The notes beneath the pieces are model-generated. The model made no database searches and was not told the DNA's origin. It saw only the letters and a list, made by a program, of their open reading frames with translations. A DNA stretch of 63,072 bases, counting the filler, from Anaerolineae bacterium (GTDB lineage Bacteria > Chloroflexota > Anaerolineae > Epilineales > Epilineaceae): assembly GCA_029262755.1 (NCBI GenBank). It is 5 parts of 5 records of this genome, joined end to end, with 100 filler letters (N's around TTAATTAATTAA, not from the genome) between each part and the next. Parts side by side here need not be neighbours in the genome. Positions count along the whole stretch, not along the records: positions 58,684 to 63,072 come from JAJCYU010000168.1; 4 more parts are not named here. One strand, written 5' to 3'. Position 1 is the stretch's first letter. Every line of letters begins with the position of its first letter. Made by a program: the position numbers and the translations under genes. This document shows, piece by piece, positions 60,337 to 63,072 of this stretch.

Positions 60337-61986
60337 ATGGGAAAAAACATTGTTCCAAAGATTCTGTTCGTGACATGTGCATTTCTATTTGGATTTAGTA
60401 CGATAGCAAGCGCTTTGGCTTGCAACGACATGCCCAATCTGTTATTGCCTGTTGATAACGCCCAAGATGTCTCGTCTGCTCCGACGCTGGCGATCGGAGT
60501 CCCACAGACTGTCATGCAGAGTTGCGAGCTTGAGGAAGTACAATGGCAAATTGCAACGGATCAGGGATTCAGTGATCTTGCCTACAACACTGGATATATC
60601 TCAAATCCGCCGCACAACGTTCACCATGTGCCTATCAACACGCTGGTCCCAGGGACGACTTACTATTGGCGTGTCCGGCTCAAATTAACACTGGATAGCG
60701 GGCCGGGCACAATTCCGGCGACTGTTTTTTCTGGCTGGACGTCAGCTAGAAAGTTTAAGACGGAGGCACTGCTGTTCCAGCTTCAGTGCAACTGGCCAGC
60801 GATCTACAACAAATCACCCAGTGACGACACGACTGTCAATACCCGGACCCCGACAATTGAGATCGGCTTTCTCGGACCTGGTGTTGCGCCAGTTTGCCAA
60901 TATGATGGCGTCGCATGGCAGGTTGGCGAGCGGGTTGCAGATTTTGACTTGCTTGCAATTTTGACATCGCCTGGATTGCAACTCAACAATCCAGTCCCAT
61001 TGAGTAATAACACGACGCATTATTGGCACGCCCGACTTTACTCTAATGATGGAAGCCACGGGCCTTGGACTGCGGTTTCAAGTTTCCGGGTAGAGACACT
61101 CATCATCAATGCTGAACCTCCTTGCTCATGGGGCATGTTTGAGAATGTGTCACCCAATGATGGGGAGCAGAATGTGGAATTGGATCCACGTTTAGAAATA
61201 GCGTTGCTACCAAATCAAGTCGTCCCCGTACCGGCATGCGAACATAGTAGAACACATTGGGAGATAGCGACTGATGCCCAGTTCAACAATGTGATTCTAG
61301 ACTTCCCGAGAGATCGAGCAGTGTGGTGGCCAGGCGTGATTGTTATCCCAAAAACTGAACTTCCGATCCGCTTCGACGACTTCGGAAACAGCCCCTTTGA
61401 AGAGAACACAACATACTACTGGCGCGCAAAAATGGAATCTCCAGGTGGCGCAAGCGAAAGCGACTGGAGCACACCCACGCGCTTTACAACAGCAGGAGAA
61501 GCTAATCGCAACGTTCAGCCAAATCCGCCCCCTAACAACGCACAGAATCTATGCGATCTTGATGACAATCAGAACGGAATTCTTGACGACGCGGAATTCT
61601 TTAATGCCGTAGATCTCTGGATTGGAGAGCTCATCGAGAATCAATTCTTCTTCGACGCTGTAGATGCGTGGATTGGGCAAAATGAGATTTGTCTTGCAAT
61701 GGCAGCGGCCACTTCAATTAGGATCAAAGTGCAGCAGACAACTCCTGGTTCAATACGTTTCACTTTAGATAACGCGAAATCTTCTGTGCAACAACTTGAG
61801 ATCTATAACCTCCAAGGTTATTTGATGCATCAGCAAAGCTCTTCCCGAGGACAACTCATCTGGAATTTGCGCGGTGCTGATAGCATGGCTATTGCCAACG
61901 GGGTTTATCTCTACAAAATCTCTGTTCAAGACTCGAGTGGAAATGTTGTGGGCAGTGGAATGCGCAAGCTGATGATAATGCGCTAA
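60337..61986 (+). CDS. Secreted protein with three Ig/FnIII-like repeats and the same C-terminal module
   Basis: Signal peptide; three P.D..../WQI/TYYWR../W(T/S)...F repeats; DDNQNGILDDAEFF; ANGVYLY...RKLMIMR. Confidence 0.8.
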   Translation: MGKNIVPKILFVTCAFLFGFSTIASALACNDMPNLLLPVDNAQDVSSAPTLAIGVPQTVMQSCELEEVQWQIATDQGFSDLAYNTGYISNPPHNVHHVPINTLVPGTTYYWRVRLKLTLDSGPGTIPATVFSGWTSARKFKTEALLFQLQCNWPAIYNKSPSDDTTVNTRTPTIEIGFLGPGVAPVCQYDGVAWQVGERVADFDLLAILTSPGLQLNNPVPLSNNTTHYWHARLYSNDGSHGPWTAVSSFRVETLIINAEPPCSWGMFENVSPNDGEQNVELDPRLEIALLPNQVVPVPACEHSRTHWEIATDAQFNNVILDFPRDRAVWWPGVIVIPKTELPIRFDDFGNSPFEENTTYYWRAKMESPGGASESDWSTPTRFTTAGEANRNVQPNPPPNNAQNLCDLDDNQNGILDDAEFFNAVDLWIGELIENQFFFDAVDAWIGQNEICLAMAAATSIRIKVQQTTPGSIRFTLDNAKSSVQQLEIYNLQGYLMHQQSSSRGQLIWNLRGADSMAIANGVYLYKISVQDSSGNVVGSGMRKLMIMR

Positions 61987-62103
61987 AGCTGTATGAGTCA
62001 ATTAATATGTAGTATCATCATCAATTTCGCTTGCACTGATTTCACAGCAAGGAATTTGGATATTGAACCAGGTTGAATGCTCACACATCACAAGGAGGAT
62101 CAG

Positions 62104-62409
62104 ATGAAACATTACGTGGTTGCAGAACTGAACGTTGCTGAGGAAAGCTGGGTTCCATCATATATCGAGAATGTGACGAAGCTCGTCGAACAGGCTGGTG
62201 GTAGATACCTGGCCAGAACTGGCAATGTCGAAAAGATCGAAGGCGAGCGAGCAAAGCCTCAACTGGGCGTGCTTATTGAATTCCCTTCAAAAGAAGCCGT
62301 AACAACATTCTACGAGAGTGCAGAATATGCGCCATTTCTTGAGCAACGAAAAGCCGGAGGCCAGACTGAATTGCTGCTTATTGCCGGGGAAGACATCGCT
62401 CAGGGCTAG
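62104..62409 (+). CDS. DUF1330 family protein
   Basis: YVVAEL...GGRYLAR...EG...IEFPSKEA..FYES.EY; AAGGAGG RBS. Confidence 0.9.
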   Translation: MKHYVVAELNVAEESWVPSYIENVTKLVEQAGGRYLARTGNVEKIEGERAKPQLGVLIEFPSKEAVTTFYESAEYAPFLEQRKAGGQTELLLIAGEDIAQG

Positions 62410-62532
62410 GCAAAGAAACTCATTCGCTTGTTGCAAATTTTGAATGGCCTTAGTGTCGAATCTCGGATTTGGATGCTATAGTGCTGGGTATCCAGGCTTG
62501 GAGGATATTGAAAGCCTGCTAGGAGAGAATTC

Positions 62533-63072
62533 GTGAAATCGAAACTACCACTCATTTTAGGTGCACTTGGAATTCTAGCATTGGCTGTCGTTCTTTTCTT
62601 AATCTTAAGATCGGGCGATCCATCGGGAGCCCAAGATCCGAGGCTGGCCAACCACCGCATCGTCTACGAGTGCAAGCGCAATAGCAGCTTCACCGAAGAT
62701 AACTATAACATCTGCGGGATTGATGCCAATGGCTTAAACAAAGCCCAAATCGCAGGCGGCACGAGCAATGAGACAACGTTTGGAAGCCCCATATTCAATA
62801 GCACCGGAGATGTGGTTTTTCATTGCCAGTATTTTGAAGTTGGCCGAGCGGGCGTGCAGCATAACATCTGTGCCGTTCGCAATGGGCAACAAGAATCTGA
62901 ACAACTGAGCTTCCCTCGTGGCGTTGAGCGAACGGACCTGATTGGCATCAACGCAAATGGGGAGATTGTGGCCTCTTGTGGCGAAAAACTCTGCATTTCT
63001 CAACTCAACGCTGAAGATTATGAGTTCATTCCCAACAGCGATTTCAATGGCCAGGCAATTGGCCCCTCGATC
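62533..63072 (+). CDS. Membrane-anchored TolB-like propeller protein (3'-truncated; absent from the ORF track)
   Basis: AGGAG plus GTG; MKSKLPLILGALGILALAVVLFLIL TM, then IVYEC...NICGIDANG repeats; open to the window end. Confidence 0.7.
   Translation, partial: MKSKLPLILGALGILALAVVLFLILRSGDPSGAQDPRLANHRIVYECKRNSSFTEDNYNICGIDANGLNKAQIAGGTSNETTFGSPIFNSTGDVVFHCQYFEVGRAGVQHNICAVRNGQQESEQLSFPRGVERTDLIGINANGEIVASCGEKLCISQLNAEDYEFIPNSDFNGQAIGPSI

Overview
The window joins five unrelated-order contigs with 100-nt artificial spacers (N44-TTAATTAATTAA-N44 at 17872, 29503, 51072 and 58584), so adjacency across a spacer carries no meaning. Segments 1-4 (1-58583) are very GC-rich and look like a Chloroflexota (Anaerolineae-like) genome; this is inferred from protein style, not tested. 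Segment 5 (58684-63072) is visibly more AT-rich and probably comes from another organism. The most striking locus is in segment 1. A PAS histidine kinase and a sigma54 activator are followed by a well-formed -24/-12 promoter. Downstream lie a small 2-TM protein, a ~2200-aa STAND/NACHT-like NTPase-TPR protein, a translationally coupled cytoplasmic C25/caspase-fold Cys protease, and a divergent FtsZ paralog with a degenerate T7 loop. Other content: a citrate synthase paired with an HTH-citrate-synthase gene, ruvB, upp, a partial 5S rRNA, moaA/moeA, an arginine-decarboxylase-like gene divergent from a PspA-like plus SBP pair, a CPA1 antiporter plus USP, and seven secreted proteins sharing a [Y/W/H]LP motif. 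Segment 5 has two secreted paralogs sharing an EF-hand-like plus T9SS-CTD-like tail. No CRISPR array, tRNA or transposase was seen. All calls come from reading motifs by eye; no database searches were run.
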